A stretch of DNA of 64,000 bases, from contig JBDTNQ010000005.1 of the NCBI GenBank assembly GCA_039933635.1, forward strand, positions 33,602-97,601. The letters run 5' to 3'. The first letter of the stretch is position 1; every line of letters begins with the position of its first letter. Positions 53,553 to 63,097 of this stretch are shown here, one piece after another. The DNA comes from Acidobacteriota bacterium. GTDB taxonomy: Bacteria > Acidobacteriota > Vicinamibacteria > Vicinamibacterales > SCN-69-37. A model generated the notes under the pieces. It saw only the letters and a program-made list of their open reading frames with translations. It ran no database searches and was not told where the DNA came from. The position numbers were made by a program, and so were the translations under genes.

Positions 53553-53583
53553 TCGCTGTGCGATCCGGCTGCGAGGCGCGCTC

Positions 53584-54510
53584 ATGAACACGTTCCGTCG
53601 CCTGATGTTGTTGCCGCTCGTTGTCGGAGTCGTGGCCGTGGTCACGCTGACCGTGCACGGCGCGAACAAGACGCTCGTCCTGCTGGCTGGTCGCGCCAGT
53701 CATGGACCGGGCCAGCACGAATTCCGCGCCGGCAGTCTGCTGTTTCAGAAGGCTCTTGCGGGCGTGACGGGGCTCACGGTGGAGGTGGTCGCGAACGGCT
53801 GGCCGACCAAGACCGTGGACGGCCAGGTCGTGGACGACAACACGGTCCTCGAGAAGGCGGACGCGATTCTCGTGTACGCCGACGGTGGTCGCGGGAATCC
53901 CGCCATTCAGGGCAACCGCATTGCGGTGCTCGATGCGCTCGCCGCGAAAGGTGTCGGCCTCGGCTTCGCGCACTACGGCGTCGAGTTTCCGGTGGGCGCC
54001 GGCGCGGACGCGATGCTGCGTTGGACCGGCGGCTATTACGAGGACCGCTATTCGGTGAACCCGATGTGGTCGCCGCAATACCAGACGTTCCCGGCGCACC
54101 CGATCACCCGCGGCGTGCTTCCCTTCTCGAACCGCGATGAGTGGTACTTCAACATGCGTTGGACAAATGACGCCGCCGCGAAAGCGCGCGTCACGCCCCT
54201 TCTCACCGCGACCCCGAGCGATGACGTGCGCAAGGGGCCCTACGTCAGCCCGCCCGGTCCGTATCCCCACATCGTGGCGGACAGCGGCAAGATCGAAACG
54301 CTGATGTGGGCGTACGAGCGGCCGAACGGCGGCCGCAGCTTCGCCTTCACCGGCGGCCACACCCACAAGAACTGGGGCGACGTGAACCAGCGCCGCGTGA
54401 TGCTCAACGCGCTCCTGTGGATGTCGAAGATCGACGTCCCGGCGACGGGTGTCGTCGATCGCATCACGGACGCGGATCTCGAGATGAATCTGGATCCGAA
54501 GGGCAAGTGA
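53584..54510 (+). CDS. ThuA domain-containing protein (exported)
   Basis: The ATG at 53584 gives a signal/TM segment (LMLLPLVVGVVAVVTL). The ThuA-like pattern includes VLLAGRASHGPGQHEF and HYGVEF. Confidence 0.7.
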   Translation: MNTFRRLMLLPLVVGVVAVVTLTVHGANKTLVLLAGRASHGPGQHEFRAGSLLFQKALAGVTGLTVEVVANGWPTKTVDGQVVDDNTVLEKADAILVYADGGRGNPAIQGNRIAVLDALAAKGVGLGFAHYGVEFPVGAGADAMLRWTGGYYEDRYSVNPMWSPQYQTFPAHPITRGVLPFSNRDEWYFNMRWTNDAAAKARVTPLLTATPSDDVRKGPYVSPPGPYPHIVADSGKIETLMWAYERPNGGRSFAFTGGHTHKNWGDVNQRRVMLNALLWMSKIDVPATGVVDRITDADLEMNLDPKGK

Positions 54511-54521
54511 TCGAGCGTGTA

Positions 54522-54543
54522 CCCCGGACCTGAAGGTCCGGGG
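54522..54543. terminator. GC-rich hairpin (9-bp stem, TGAA loop) between convergent ThuA-like and ychF genes; hairpin family 2
   Basis: CCCCGGACC-TGAA-GGTCCGGGG. It has the same GGACC-TGAA-GGTCC core as the hairpin at 742-765. Confidence 0.55.
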
Positions 54544-54573
54544 CTCCACGAACCTCAGAACTCAGAACTCAGC

Positions 54574-55677
54574 CTACACATTGAACTTGAACAACAGCAC
54601 GTCGCCGTCAGCGACGACGTACTCTTTGCCTTCCATGCGGTAGAGACCTTTTTCCCGGGCGGCCGCGACGGAGCCGCAGGCGACGAGGTCGTCGTACGCG
54701 ACCGTTTCGGCCTTGATGAAGCCGCGCTCGAAGTCGGAGTGGATGACGCCCGCGGCCTTTGGTGCCGTGTCGCCCGCGTGGATCGTCCACGCCCGCACTT
54801 CCTTCTCACCCGCGGTGAAATACGTGCGCAACCCCAGCAGATGATAGGTCGCCCGAATGAGCGCGCCGACGCCGCTCTCGGCGACGCCCAACTCCTTCAG
54901 AAAGGCGGCGCCCTCGTCCTCGTCGAGGTCGATCAGGTCGCTCTCGATCTGCGCGCTGATCACGACGGCTTCGCAGGCGAGGTGCGTCCGCACGTAGTCA
55001 CGCACCTTCATCACGTACGGATTGCTGTCCGCCGTGGCGAGGTCCGACTCCTTCACGTTGCACGCAAAGATGGTCGGCTTGTCGCTCAGCAGGAAAAGCG
55101 GGCGAGACAGCTCGCGTTCCTCGGCGGTGAGGTCCACGAGGAGCGCCGGCTTGCCGGAGTCCAGCACCGGCTCGATCTTGTTCAGCACGGCTTCCTCGGC
55201 GGCGGCCGTCTTGTCCCCGCGCTTGATGTCCTTCTGCAGGCGGTCACGGCGCTTCTTGACCGAGTCCAGGTCCGCCAGGATCAGCTCCGTGTTGATGACC
55301 TCGATGTCGCGCACCGGATCCACCGTGCCGGACACGTGATGCACGTCGGCATCCTCGAAGCACCGGACGACCTGTACGATGGCGTCGACCTCGCGGATGT
55401 GCGTCAGGAACTTGTTGCCGAGCCCCTCGCCCTGGCTTGCGCCCTTGACCAGGCCGGCGATGTCCACGAACTCGACGGCCGCGGGAATGACGACGTTGGT
55501 TTTCGCGATCTTCTGGAGCTCGCGCAGCCGCGTGTCGGGCACCGTCACGATGCCGACGTTGGGGTCGATGGTGCAAAAAGGGTAATTGGCCGCTTCCGCT
55601 TTGCGGGTGCGTGTCACGGCGTTGAATAAAGTGGACTTACCAACGTTCGGCAGCCCGACGATTCCAGCTCTCAACAT
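54574..55677 (-). CDS. ychF: Redox-regulated ribosome-binding ATPase YchF
   Basis: [26 protein letters not shown] and a C-terminal TGS-like domain ([27 protein letters not shown]). Confidence 0.95.
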   Translation of the reverse strand: MLRAGIVGLPNVGKSTLFNAVTRTRKAEAANYPFCTIDPNVGIVTVPDTRLRELQKIAKTNVVIPAAVEFVDIAGLVKGASQGEGLGNKFLTHIREVDAIVQVVRCFEDADVHHVSGTVDPVRDIEVINTELILADLDSVKKRRDRLQKDIKRGDKTAAAEEAVLNKIEPVLDSGKPALLVDLTAEERELSRPLFLLSDKPTIFACNVKESDLATADSNPYVMKVRDYVRTHLACEAVVISAQIESDLIDLDEDEGAAFLKELGVAESGVGALIRATYHLLGLRTYFTAGEKEVRAWTIHAGDTAPKAAGVIHSDFERGFIKAETVAYDDLVACGSVAAAREKGLYRMEGKEYVVADGDVLLFKFNV

Positions 55678-55768
55678 ATGGGCCTAACAGGATAGCGCGA
55701 GGCCACCTCCCGTGCCGGCCGTGTTCGTCCACGTGATAGTTTGAGGGGCTGCGAACGAGCCGTGTGAC

Positions 55769-58700
55769 ATGCAGAAACTACTGGCCCTGAACCGGGGCGA
55801 AATCGCCATCCGCATCATGCGCGCGGCCACGGAACTGGGCCTGCGCACCGTCGCGATCTTCCCCAAAGAGGACGCGCTCAGCCTGCACCGCTTCAAGGCC
55901 GACGAGGCCTATCAGATTGGCGAGGGGAAGGGCCCTGTCGAGGCCTACCTCGACGTCGCGGGCATCGTCACGCTGGCGAAGTCGAAAGGCGTGGATGCAA
56001 TTCACCCGGGCTACGGATTCCTGTCCGAGAATCCGGCGCTCCCACGGGCGTGTGAGCAGGCGGGGATCACGTTCGTGGGACCGAGCGCCGGGTTGCTCGA
56101 TGTGCTCGGCGACAAGACCGCGGCTCGTCGGCTGGCGGCGAAGGCCGGTGTGCCGATCATCCCGGGCGTCGAACACGCGCTGACGGATGCGGCGGCGGTG
56201 CAGCGCGCGGCGAAGGACATCGGATTTCCGCTGATCATCAAGGCGGCGTTCGGCGGTGGCGGGCGGGGCATGCGCGTCGTCGAATCGGCGGACGAGCTGG
56301 TGAGCCGCTTCGACGAGGCGAGTCGCGAGGCGCAGTCGGCGTTCGGCAACGGCGCGGTGTTCGTCGAACGCTTCATTCGGCGGCCGCGACATATCGAGGT
56401 GCAGATCCTCGGTGATCGATCCGGCACGGTGTTGCATTTGTACGAGCGCGACTGCTCGGTGCAGCGTCGGCATCAGAAGGTCGTCGAGGTTGCTCCGGCG
56501 GTGAGCCTTGCGCCGGCCGTGCGGCAGGCGATTTGCGATGCGGCCGTCCGGCTGATGAAGACAGCTGGCTACTACAACGCCGGCACGGTCGAGTTCCTGC
56601 TCGACTCCGACACGAACGACTGGTTCTTCATCGAGGTCAACCCGCGCATCCAGGTCGAACACACGGTGACCGAGATGGTGACGGGCATCGACCTCGTCCG
56701 GTCTCAGATCCTGATTGCCCAGGGATTCGATCTGCACGGGCCGGAGATCGGCCTGCCGCCGCAGGATCAGATGCCGCTCCACGGCTACGCGCTTCAGTGT
56801 CGCGTGACGACCGAGGATCCGCAGAACAACTTCGTCCCGGACTACGGGAAGATCCACACGTATCGCTCGCCAGCCGGATTCGGTGTGCGTCTCGACGGCG
56901 GATCCGCGTATGGCGGTGCGGTCATCAGCCCGTACTACGATTCGCTGCTGGTCAAGCTCACGGTGTGGGGCCGCGATTTCTCTCAGGCCTGCAAGCGCAT
57001 GGATCGCGCGCTCCGCGAGTTCCGCATCCGCGGGGTCAAGACCAACGTGCCGTTCCTCGAGAACGTCGTCAACCACCCGGTGTTCCAATCGGGCCAGGCG
57101 ACGACCCGGTTCCTGGACGAGAACCCGGATCTCTTCACCTTCACGGCACGTCGCGATCGTGCGACAAAGATGCTGACCTACATCGCCGAGGTCACGGTCA
57201 ACGGCAATCCCGAAGTGAAGGGCAAGCCGCTGCCGGATCGATTCCGCACGGCGCCGGTGCCCCGTCGCGACGCCGCGACGCCTCCTCCAGGCACGAAACA
57301 GCTGCTGGATCAGCTCGGGCCCGAGAAGTTCGCCGCGTGGACCTCACAGCAGACGCGCCTGCTGCTCACCGACACGACGCTGCGCGACGCGCACCAGTCG
57401 CTCATGGCGACGCGCGTGCGCACGTACGACATGGCGTCGATTGCCAACTTCATTGCGCATCGCCTGTCGGGGCTGTACAGCCTCGAGATGTGGGGCGGCG
57501 CGACCTTCGACGTCTCCATGCGTTTCCTGCTCGAGGACCCTTGGAAGCGCCTGCGCTGGCTGCGGGAGGAAATCCCCAACATCTGCTTCCAGATGCTCCT
57601 GCGCGCGTCGAACGCGGTCGGCTACACCGCGTATCCGGACAACGCGGTGCGCGACTTCGTGGCCGAGGCCGCGGCGCAGGGGATGGACATCTTCCGTGTA
57701 TTCGACTCGCTCAACTGGCTGCCGAACATGAAGGTGGCCATGGAGGCGGTGCGGAAGACCGATCGCATCTGCGAGGCCGCCGTGTGCTACACGGGCGACA
57801 TCCTCGATCCGGCGCGCGACAAATACCCGTTGCAGTACTACGTGCGGATGGCGAAGGAGCTGGAGCGCATGGGCGCGCACGTCATCGGCGTCAAGGACAT
57901 GGCCGGTCTGTGCCGGCCTTATGCGGCCGAAAAACTGGTGCGCACACTCAAGCAGGAGGTGGGCATCCCGATCCACTTCCACACGCACGACACGAGCGGC
58001 GTGAACGCGGCCTCGGTGCTCAAAGCGTCCGAAGCCGGCGTCGACGTCGCGGACGCGGCGGTCGCGTCGATGAGCGGCACCACCAGCCAACCCAATCTCA
58101 ATTCGATCGTCGCCGCGCTCGACCACACCGATCGCGCGACGACGCTCGATCTCGGCGAACTCAATCACTATTCGGACTACTGGGAAGCCGTCCGCACGTA
58201 CTATCGGCCCTTCGACAACGCGCCGCCCGCTGGCACCGCCGAGGTCTACGAGCACGAGATGCCCGGCGGCCAGTACACGAATCTGCGCGAGCAGGCGGAC
58301 GCCATGGGCCTCGGCGAGCGCTGGTCCGAAATCGCGCGCACCTACGCGGACGTCAACCGGGCCTTCGGCGACATCGTGAAGGTCACGCCGTCCAGCAAAG
58401 TCGTCGGCGACATGGCGATCTTTCTGGTGACGCACGGGCTGACCATGCAGGACTTCGAGGAGAAGGGGCCCGGTCACGGCCTCACGCTGCCGAATTCGGT
58501 CGTCGAGATGTTCGCCGGGTCGCTCGGTCAGCCCGAGGGCGGGTGGCCGAAGGCGCTGCAGGCGCAGATCCTCAGACAGCAGAAGCCGATCGAAGGACGG
58601 CCCGGCGAAAGCCTTCCCCCGACCGACTTCGCCGACATCGCCGTGAAGGTCGAGAAGCTGATCGGCCACGTACCGAACCGCAGCGACGTGCTGAGCTACG

Positions 58701-59206
58701 TGATGTATCCCGACGTGTTCGTGAAGTTCGCGCGCGCGGAAGGCCGCTACGGCGACCTCAGCGTGCTGCCGACGTGGCCGTTCTTCTACGGCATGACGAC
58801 CGGCGACGAAATCGCCGTCGAGCTCGAGCCCGGCAAGATCATCGTCGTGAAGTTCCTGACGGCCGGCGAACTGCGTCCTGACGGTCATCGAACGATGTTC
58901 TTCGAGCTGAACGGCCAGCCCCGTGAGGTCAGCATCCGCGACGCATCGCAGAAGGTGACTGGCGTCGTCAAAGAGATGGCCGATCCCAGTCACCGCGGCC
59001 ACATTGGTGCGCCAACGCCGGGCATCGTCACGACCGTGGCGGTCGAACAGGGGCAGAGCGTCGACGAGGGACAGAAGCTGCTGGTGCTCGAGGCGATGAA
59101 GATGCAGAGCACCGTCTACGCTCCGGTGTCCGGCAAGGTCGCGCGCAGACTCGTCCAGCCGGGCCAGACCGTCGAAACCAAGGAACTGCTGCTCGTGATC
59201 GAGTAG
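55769..59206 (+). CDS. pyc: Pyruvate carboxylase (single-chain)
   Basis: 1145 aa: a biotin carboxylase N-terminus, a carboxyltransferase TIM domain (TLRDAHQSL) and a C-terminal biotinyl domain with EAMKMQ. Confidence 0.95.
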   Translation: MQKLLALNRGEIAIRIMRAATELGLRTVAIFPKEDALSLHRFKADEAYQIGEGKGPVEAYLDVAGIVTLAKSKGVDAIHPGYGFLSENPALPRACEQAGITFVGPSAGLLDVLGDKTAARRLAAKAGVPIIPGVEHALTDAAAVQRAAKDIGFPLIIKAAFGGGGRGMRVVESADELVSRFDEASREAQSAFGNGAVFVERFIRRPRHIEVQILGDRSGTVLHLYERDCSVQRRHQKVVEVAPAVSLAPAVRQAICDAAVRLMKTAGYYNAGTVEFLLDSDTNDWFFIEVNPRIQVEHTVTEMVTGIDLVRSQILIAQGFDLHGPEIGLPPQDQMPLHGYALQCRVTTEDPQNNFVPDYGKIHTYRSPAGFGVRLDGGSAYGGAVISPYYDSLLVKLTVWGRDFSQACKRMDRALREFRIRGVKTNVPFLENVVNHPVFQSGQATTRFLDENPDLFTFTARRDRATKMLTYIAEVTVNGNPEVKGKPLPDRFRTAPVPRRDAATPPPGTKQLLDQLGPEKFAAWTSQQTRLLLTDTTLRDAHQSLMATRVRTYDMASIANFIAHRLSGLYSLEMWGGATFDVSMRFLLEDPWKRLRWLREEIPNICFQMLLRASNAVGYTAYPDNAVRDFVAEAAAQGMDIFRVFDSLNWLPNMKVAMEAVRKTDRICEAAVCYTGDILDPARDKYPLQYYVRMAKELERMGAHVIGVKDMAGLCRPYAAEKLVRTLKQEVGIPIHFHTHDTSGVNAASVLKASEAGVDVADAAVASMSGTTSQPNLNSIVAALDHTDRATTLDLGELNHYSDYWEAVRTYYRPFDNAPPAGTAEVYEHEMPGGQYTNLREQADAMGLGERWSEIARTYADVNRAFGDIVKVTPSSKVVGDMAIFLVTHGLTMQDFEEKGPGHGLTLPNSVVEMFAGSLGQPEGGWPKALQAQILRQQKPIEGRPGESLPPTDFADIAVKVEKLIGHVPNRSDVLSYVMYPDVFVKFARAEGRYGDLSVLPTWPFFYGMTTGDEIAVELEPGKIIVVKFLTAGELRPDGHRTMFFELNGQPREVSIRDASQKVTGVVKEMADPSHRGHIGAPTPGIVTTVAVEQGQSVDEGQKLLVLEAMKMQSTVYAPVSGKVARRLVQPGQTVETKELLLVIE

Positions 59207-59272
59207 GCAGGCGGCATCCGTCGAGTCGACTGTTCAATCCTGAACAAGGGGGCGGGGCGCGAACCGGATACG

Positions 59273-59884
59273 GTGAGCGCAGTGCTCACCGGTCACGACA
59301 CGTCCGCGGCCGGTCCTTGCCGGCCCGCCTTCCGTTTTCCGCCATTCGGCCGGATCGTGTTCGTGTGCTGCCTGCTCATCGCGCCGACGCTTCGCGCGCA
59401 GGATGTGACCGAGCCGGCGCTAAAGGCCGCTTTCGTCTACAACATGGCGAAGTTCATCGAGTGGCCGCCTGAGGTTCTCCCGGACGCGGCCGTGTTTACC
59501 GTGTGCGTCCTGAACGATCGCCAGTTCGGCGAGGAATTCGAGCGCACGGTGAGCGATCGCCTGTTTGGCGGTCATCGCATTGCGGTCCGACGCGTCGCGC
59601 CAGACGGGCTGTTCCGCTCCTGTCATGTGCTGTACGCATCGGGCATCACGGCGGCGCAGGTGATGGCGATCGACGCGGCGCTCGCTGGGGCGCCCGTGCT
59701 GACGATCGGTGACACGGACCACTTTGTCCAGGACGGCGGCATCGCCCGTCTCTTCCTGCAAAACGGCCGATTGCGCTTCGAAGTCAATCTTCGGGTCGCC
59801 CGTCGCAACCGGCTCCAGATCAACGCGAGACTGCTCGCCCTGGCCGCGCGCGTCGTCGACGGTCCGCCGGGAGGACGTCCATGA
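59273..59884 (+). CDS. YfiR-like (DUF4154) periplasmic protein
   Basis: LKAAFVYNMAKFIEWP and FEVNLRVARRNRLQINARLLALA are typical of DUF4154. GTG start with a signal-like segment. Confidence 0.75.
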   Translation: MSAVLTGHDTSAAGPCRPAFRFPPFGRIVFVCCLLIAPTLRAQDVTEPALKAAFVYNMAKFIEWPPEVLPDAAVFTVCVLNDRQFGEEFERTVSDRLFGGHRIAVRRVAPDGLFRSCHVLYASGITAAQVMAIDAALAGAPVLTIGDTDHFVQDGGIARLFLQNGRLRFEVNLRVARRNRLQINARLLALAARVVDGPPGGRP

Positions 59885-61875
59885 CTCGCGTGACCACGTT
59901 GCTGTTCCTCGTGCTGTCGATCGGTGCGTCGCCCGCGATCGCCCAGCGGGCGCTTCCGGACCTTACGCTGGAAGAACTGATGGGGCTCGATGCCGGCCGC
60001 GTGTTCGGGGCCTCCGACAGACTGCAGCCCGTCACCGAGGCCCCGGCGTCCGTCTCGTTCGTCACCGCGGAAGACATCGCGCGATTCGGCCACCGGACGC
60101 TGGCCGACGTCCTGCGTGGTGTGCGCGGCGTCTATGTCAGCGACGATCGCAATTTCAGCCTGTTGGGCATTCGGGGATTCGGCAAACCGGGCGACTACAA
60201 CAGCCGGATCCTGCTCCTGGTCAACGGGCACCGGGTCAACGACAACGTGTTCGGGCAGGCCGAGATTGGCGCGGAGTTCGGGATCGACCCGGCCATGTTC
60301 GAACGGGTCGAGATCATTCGCGGACCCGCGTCGGCGTTGTACGGCGACAGCGCCTTCTTTGCCGTCATCAACGTGATCACCAAGACCGGCGCCTCCATGC
60401 ACGGCGCCACGATGGCCCTCGAGGGTGGCTCGCTCGGCCGAAGCGTGGTCCGTACCACCGGCGGAAAAAGCTTTGCGAACGGTGTCGACGTGGCGCTGTC
60501 GGGCACCTACGAACGGAGCTCCGGTGTCGATCGGCTCTATTTTCCGGCATTCGACACACCTGCGACCAATAACGGCGTCGCCCGCGGACTCGACGGCCAG
60601 CGCGTGGGTCAGCTCTATGCGCAGCTGGCCATGGGGCACGTGACCTTTACTGGAGCCTACGGCACGCGGCGGAAGGACGTGCCGACAGCATCGTTCGGCA
60701 CGACATTCAATGAGCAGCAGTTCCGCGAAGAGACGACCGACCGGCACACGTTGGCCGATTTGGTGTACCGACGGTCCTTTGGCAAGAGCCACGTGACGGT
60801 TCGCGGCTCGTACGACCAGTTTTCGGTTGACGGCACATACCCGCTGTCGGGCGCTGATGGGGAGCCGCTCACCGTGTTCCACAACGTCGTTCTGGGCAGC
60901 CGCTGGAGTGCCGGCACCAAGTTGACGCGGGCGTTTCCGGGGCGGCAGACCGTGACCGCCGGAGCCGAGTTCATCGACAACATCCATCAGGATCAGCAGA
61001 CGGGCATCGTGGGCTTGCCGGATCTCCTGCTCGATGCGCCGCGATCGTCCGTGCAGGGCGCCATCTACGCCCTGGACGAAATCAAGTTCGGCCGCTGGAT
61101 CATGGCAAATGCCGGTTTGCGCTACGATCACTACGAAGCCTTCCCCAAAGTCACACCCAGAGCGGCTGTCGTGGTTGCGCCTTCGGCCGGACAAGCCTTC
61201 AAGTATCTCTACGGCGAAGCGTTCCGCGCCCCCTCGGCGTACGAGCGGAATACCATCTACTTCGGCGAAAACACACTCGCGTTACGTCCCGAGATCATTC
61301 GCACACACGAACTCGTCTGGGAGCGTTACACCCGTGACTGGCTTCGAACATCTGCCTCGACGTACTGGTACCGGGCCGATGGCCTGATCACGCTCGTACT
61401 CGACCCCTCCACGTTCCAAGGCACGACGTACATCAACAGCGGGCACGTGCGCGCAAAGGGTCTCGAGCTCGAAGCGCAGATGCGCCTGGGCCGGGGCGTC
61501 AGCGGCCAGCTCAGCTACGCGCTCCAGCGCACCGAAGACCTCGAAACGGGCACGCGGCTCGCGAACTCTCCCGCGCACGTGGCGACCGCACGAGTGAGCG
61601 CGTCCGGACCGTGGAGCCGATCGTCGGTGTCCCTCGAGGTCCTCTTCCTCAGCCATCGTCAGACGCTTGCGATGGCCACGCTCTCCCCTGCCGCGACCGC
61701 CAGCATCTCGATCGTGATGCCGATGGGGCGCACCTTCGAACTGGTCGGCGGCGTTCGAAATCTCCTGAACGCGCAGTACTCGGATCCCGCCTCCGCCGAC
61801 CACCGCCAGGACGCCATCGTCCAGAATGGCCGGACGCTCAATGTGGGACTCACGTGGAAGGTCGGCGCGAAGTAG
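59881..61875 (+). CDS. TonB-dependent receptor
   Basis: ATGA overlap with the yfiR-like gene. Signal peptide, plug domain (VSFVTAEDIARFGHRTLADVLRGVRGV, FERVEIIRGPASALYG) and a beta-barrel with a terminal aromatic-rich strand. Confidence 0.85.
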   Translation: MTRVTTLLFLVLSIGASPAIAQRALPDLTLEELMGLDAGRVFGASDRLQPVTEAPASVSFVTAEDIARFGHRTLADVLRGVRGVYVSDDRNFSLLGIRGFGKPGDYNSRILLLVNGHRVNDNVFGQAEIGAEFGIDPAMFERVEIIRGPASALYGDSAFFAVINVITKTGASMHGATMALEGGSLGRSVVRTTGGKSFANGVDVALSGTYERSSGVDRLYFPAFDTPATNNGVARGLDGQRVGQLYAQLAMGHVTFTGAYGTRRKDVPTASFGTTFNEQQFREETTDRHTLADLVYRRSFGKSHVTVRGSYDQFSVDGTYPLSGADGEPLTVFHNVVLGSRWSAGTKLTRAFPGRQTVTAGAEFIDNIHQDQQTGIVGLPDLLLDAPRSSVQGAIYALDEIKFGRWIMANAGLRYDHYEAFPKVTPRAAVVVAPSAGQAFKYLYGEAFRAPSAYERNTIYFGENTLALRPEIIRTHELVWERYTRDWLRTSASTYWYRADGLITLVLDPSTFQGTTYINSGHVRAKGLELEAQMRLGRGVSGQLSYALQRTEDLETGTRLANSPAHVATARVSASGPWSRSSVSLEVLFLSHRQTLAMATLSPAATASISIVMPMGRTFELVGGVRNLLNAQYSDPASADHRQDAIVQNGRTLNVGLTWKVGAK

Positions 61876-61948
61876 CCGACGCACGGCGGATCCGCCCGAA
61901 ACCGTTCTAAGCTGACGCTGCGCGTTCTTGCGCTCCTGGAGCTGGCTT

Positions 61949-62530
61949 ATGACACGTGTACCTGTGTGTGCCCTGACCGTTGTTCTACTCGGCGCCGTCT
62001 GTTCGCCCTCGATGGCACAAATGCGGCCGGGCATCGAGTTCCGCGTGCTCGCCACGACGAAGACGTCGACGATGGAGAAGGAACTCAACGCGGCGGCCGA
62101 GACGGGATTCCGGTTCCAGTCCGCCATGGGTGGCGAGACGGCGATTGGCGGCAACGAGGTGGTGGCGGTCGTGTCCAGAGCCGAGGGCTCGAAGGGCCGC
62201 TACGCCTACAAGCTCCTCGCGACGAACAGGACGTCGACCATGGAGAAGGAGCTGCAGCTCGCTGCGGAGGCCGGATTCGAATACCGGGCGCAGACGGTCT
62301 TCAGCTCCGCGTTCGGCGGCGACGAAGTGGTGTGCATCCTGGAGCGCGACAAGGATGCCGGAGACGCGCGTGGGCAGTATCGGCTCGTGGCAACGACCCG
62401 GACGTCCACGCTCGAGAAGGAACTCGTCGACGCCGGAGCGGCCGGCTATCAGGTCCTCGGCATGACCGTTGCGAAGACCGCCCTCGGCGGAAAAGAACTG
62501 GTCGCGATCATGCGTCGCGATCGGCGATAG
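61949..62530 (+). CDS. Secreted protein composed of three tandem modules of ~55 aa (unknown function; DUF4177-like pattern)
   Basis: Signal peptide (ALTVVLLGAVCSPSMAQ). Three repeats each contain [FY]-x-[VL]-LATT-x-TSTMEKEL-x3-A-x2-GF/Y and end in a VVAI/VVCI strand. The ORF track starts at the TTG at 61928; the ATG at 61949 is preferred. Confidence 0.6.
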   Translation: MTRVPVCALTVVLLGAVCSPSMAQMRPGIEFRVLATTKTSTMEKELNAAAETGFRFQSAMGGETAIGGNEVVAVVSRAEGSKGRYAYKLLATNRTSTMEKELQLAAEAGFEYRAQTVFSSAFGGDEVVCILERDKDAGDARGQYRLVATTRTSTLEKELVDAGAAGYQVLGMTVAKTALGGKELVAIMRRDRR

Positions 62531-62581
62531 ACTCTTTCGGCCAGCCGACGAGACATCACGCCGAATTCATCCTGAGGAATC

Positions 62582-63085
62582 ATGGTCCTGACCCAAGCCG
62601 AACTCACCAGCTCCCTTCAGAAGGAAGTTCGCATCCTTCTGCACCTTGCGACGAAGATCGATCGCGACCACCTCGACTATCGACCCACGCCGAAACAGCG
62701 CAGCACGTTGGAACTGCTGCGGTACCTGGCGATGATGGGGCCTGTCCTCATTCAGGCCGCCAAGACAGGTGCGTTTGACCCCGCGCAGTGGACGACCATG
62801 CAGAAGGATCTCGAGGCGAAGAGCTTCGACCAGGTCATCGACACGATTGCGGCGACCGCCGATCAGTACACGACGCTCATCGGCGACATGTCCGACGAGG
62901 ACTTCCGCGTCGAAATCGAAATGTTCGGCCGCAAGGCGACGCGCGGATCGTTCCTCGTCAACACCGTGCTGTGCGGATACGCCGCGTATCGCACGCAACT
63001 CTTCCTCTACCTGAAGTCGTGTGGGCGCCATGAGCTCAACACCATGAACCTCTGGGCCGGGATGGACCCGACGCCAGCGGCGTAG
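62582..63085 (+). CDS. DinB-like four-helix-bundle family protein
   Basis: 167 aa, helical. The pattern (LLHLATKI..LDYRPTPKQRSTLELLRYL...GYAAYRTQLFLYLK) resembles DinB_2-type proteins. Weak call. Confidence 0.45.
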   Translation: MVLTQAELTSSLQKEVRILLHLATKIDRDHLDYRPTPKQRSTLELLRYLAMMGPVLIQAAKTGAFDPAQWTTMQKDLEAKSFDQVIDTIAATADQYTTLIGDMSDEDFRVEIEMFGRKATRGSFLVNTVLCGYAAYRTQLFLYLKSCGRHELNTMNLWAGMDPTPAA

Positions 63086-63097
63086 GAGCGATCGGCC

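Noticed and set aside
56533-59002. Long alternative-frame and antisense ORFs inside pyruvate carboxylase (56533-58881 plus strand, 782 aa; 57344-59002 minus strand, 552 aa).
   Set aside because: The pyc frame has unambiguous homology along its full length. The others are Arg/Gly/Asp-rich and featureless.
59623-61194. A 523-aa antisense ORF over the yfiR-like and TonB-dependent receptor genes. Similar long shadow ORFs occur at 44519-45904, 39942-41357, 29884-31554, 8243-9409, 3739-4959 and 20197-21207.
   Set aside because: All lie opposite or out of frame to genes with clear family motifs, and their translations have the biased Arg/Pro/Gly composition of GC-rich non-coding frames.
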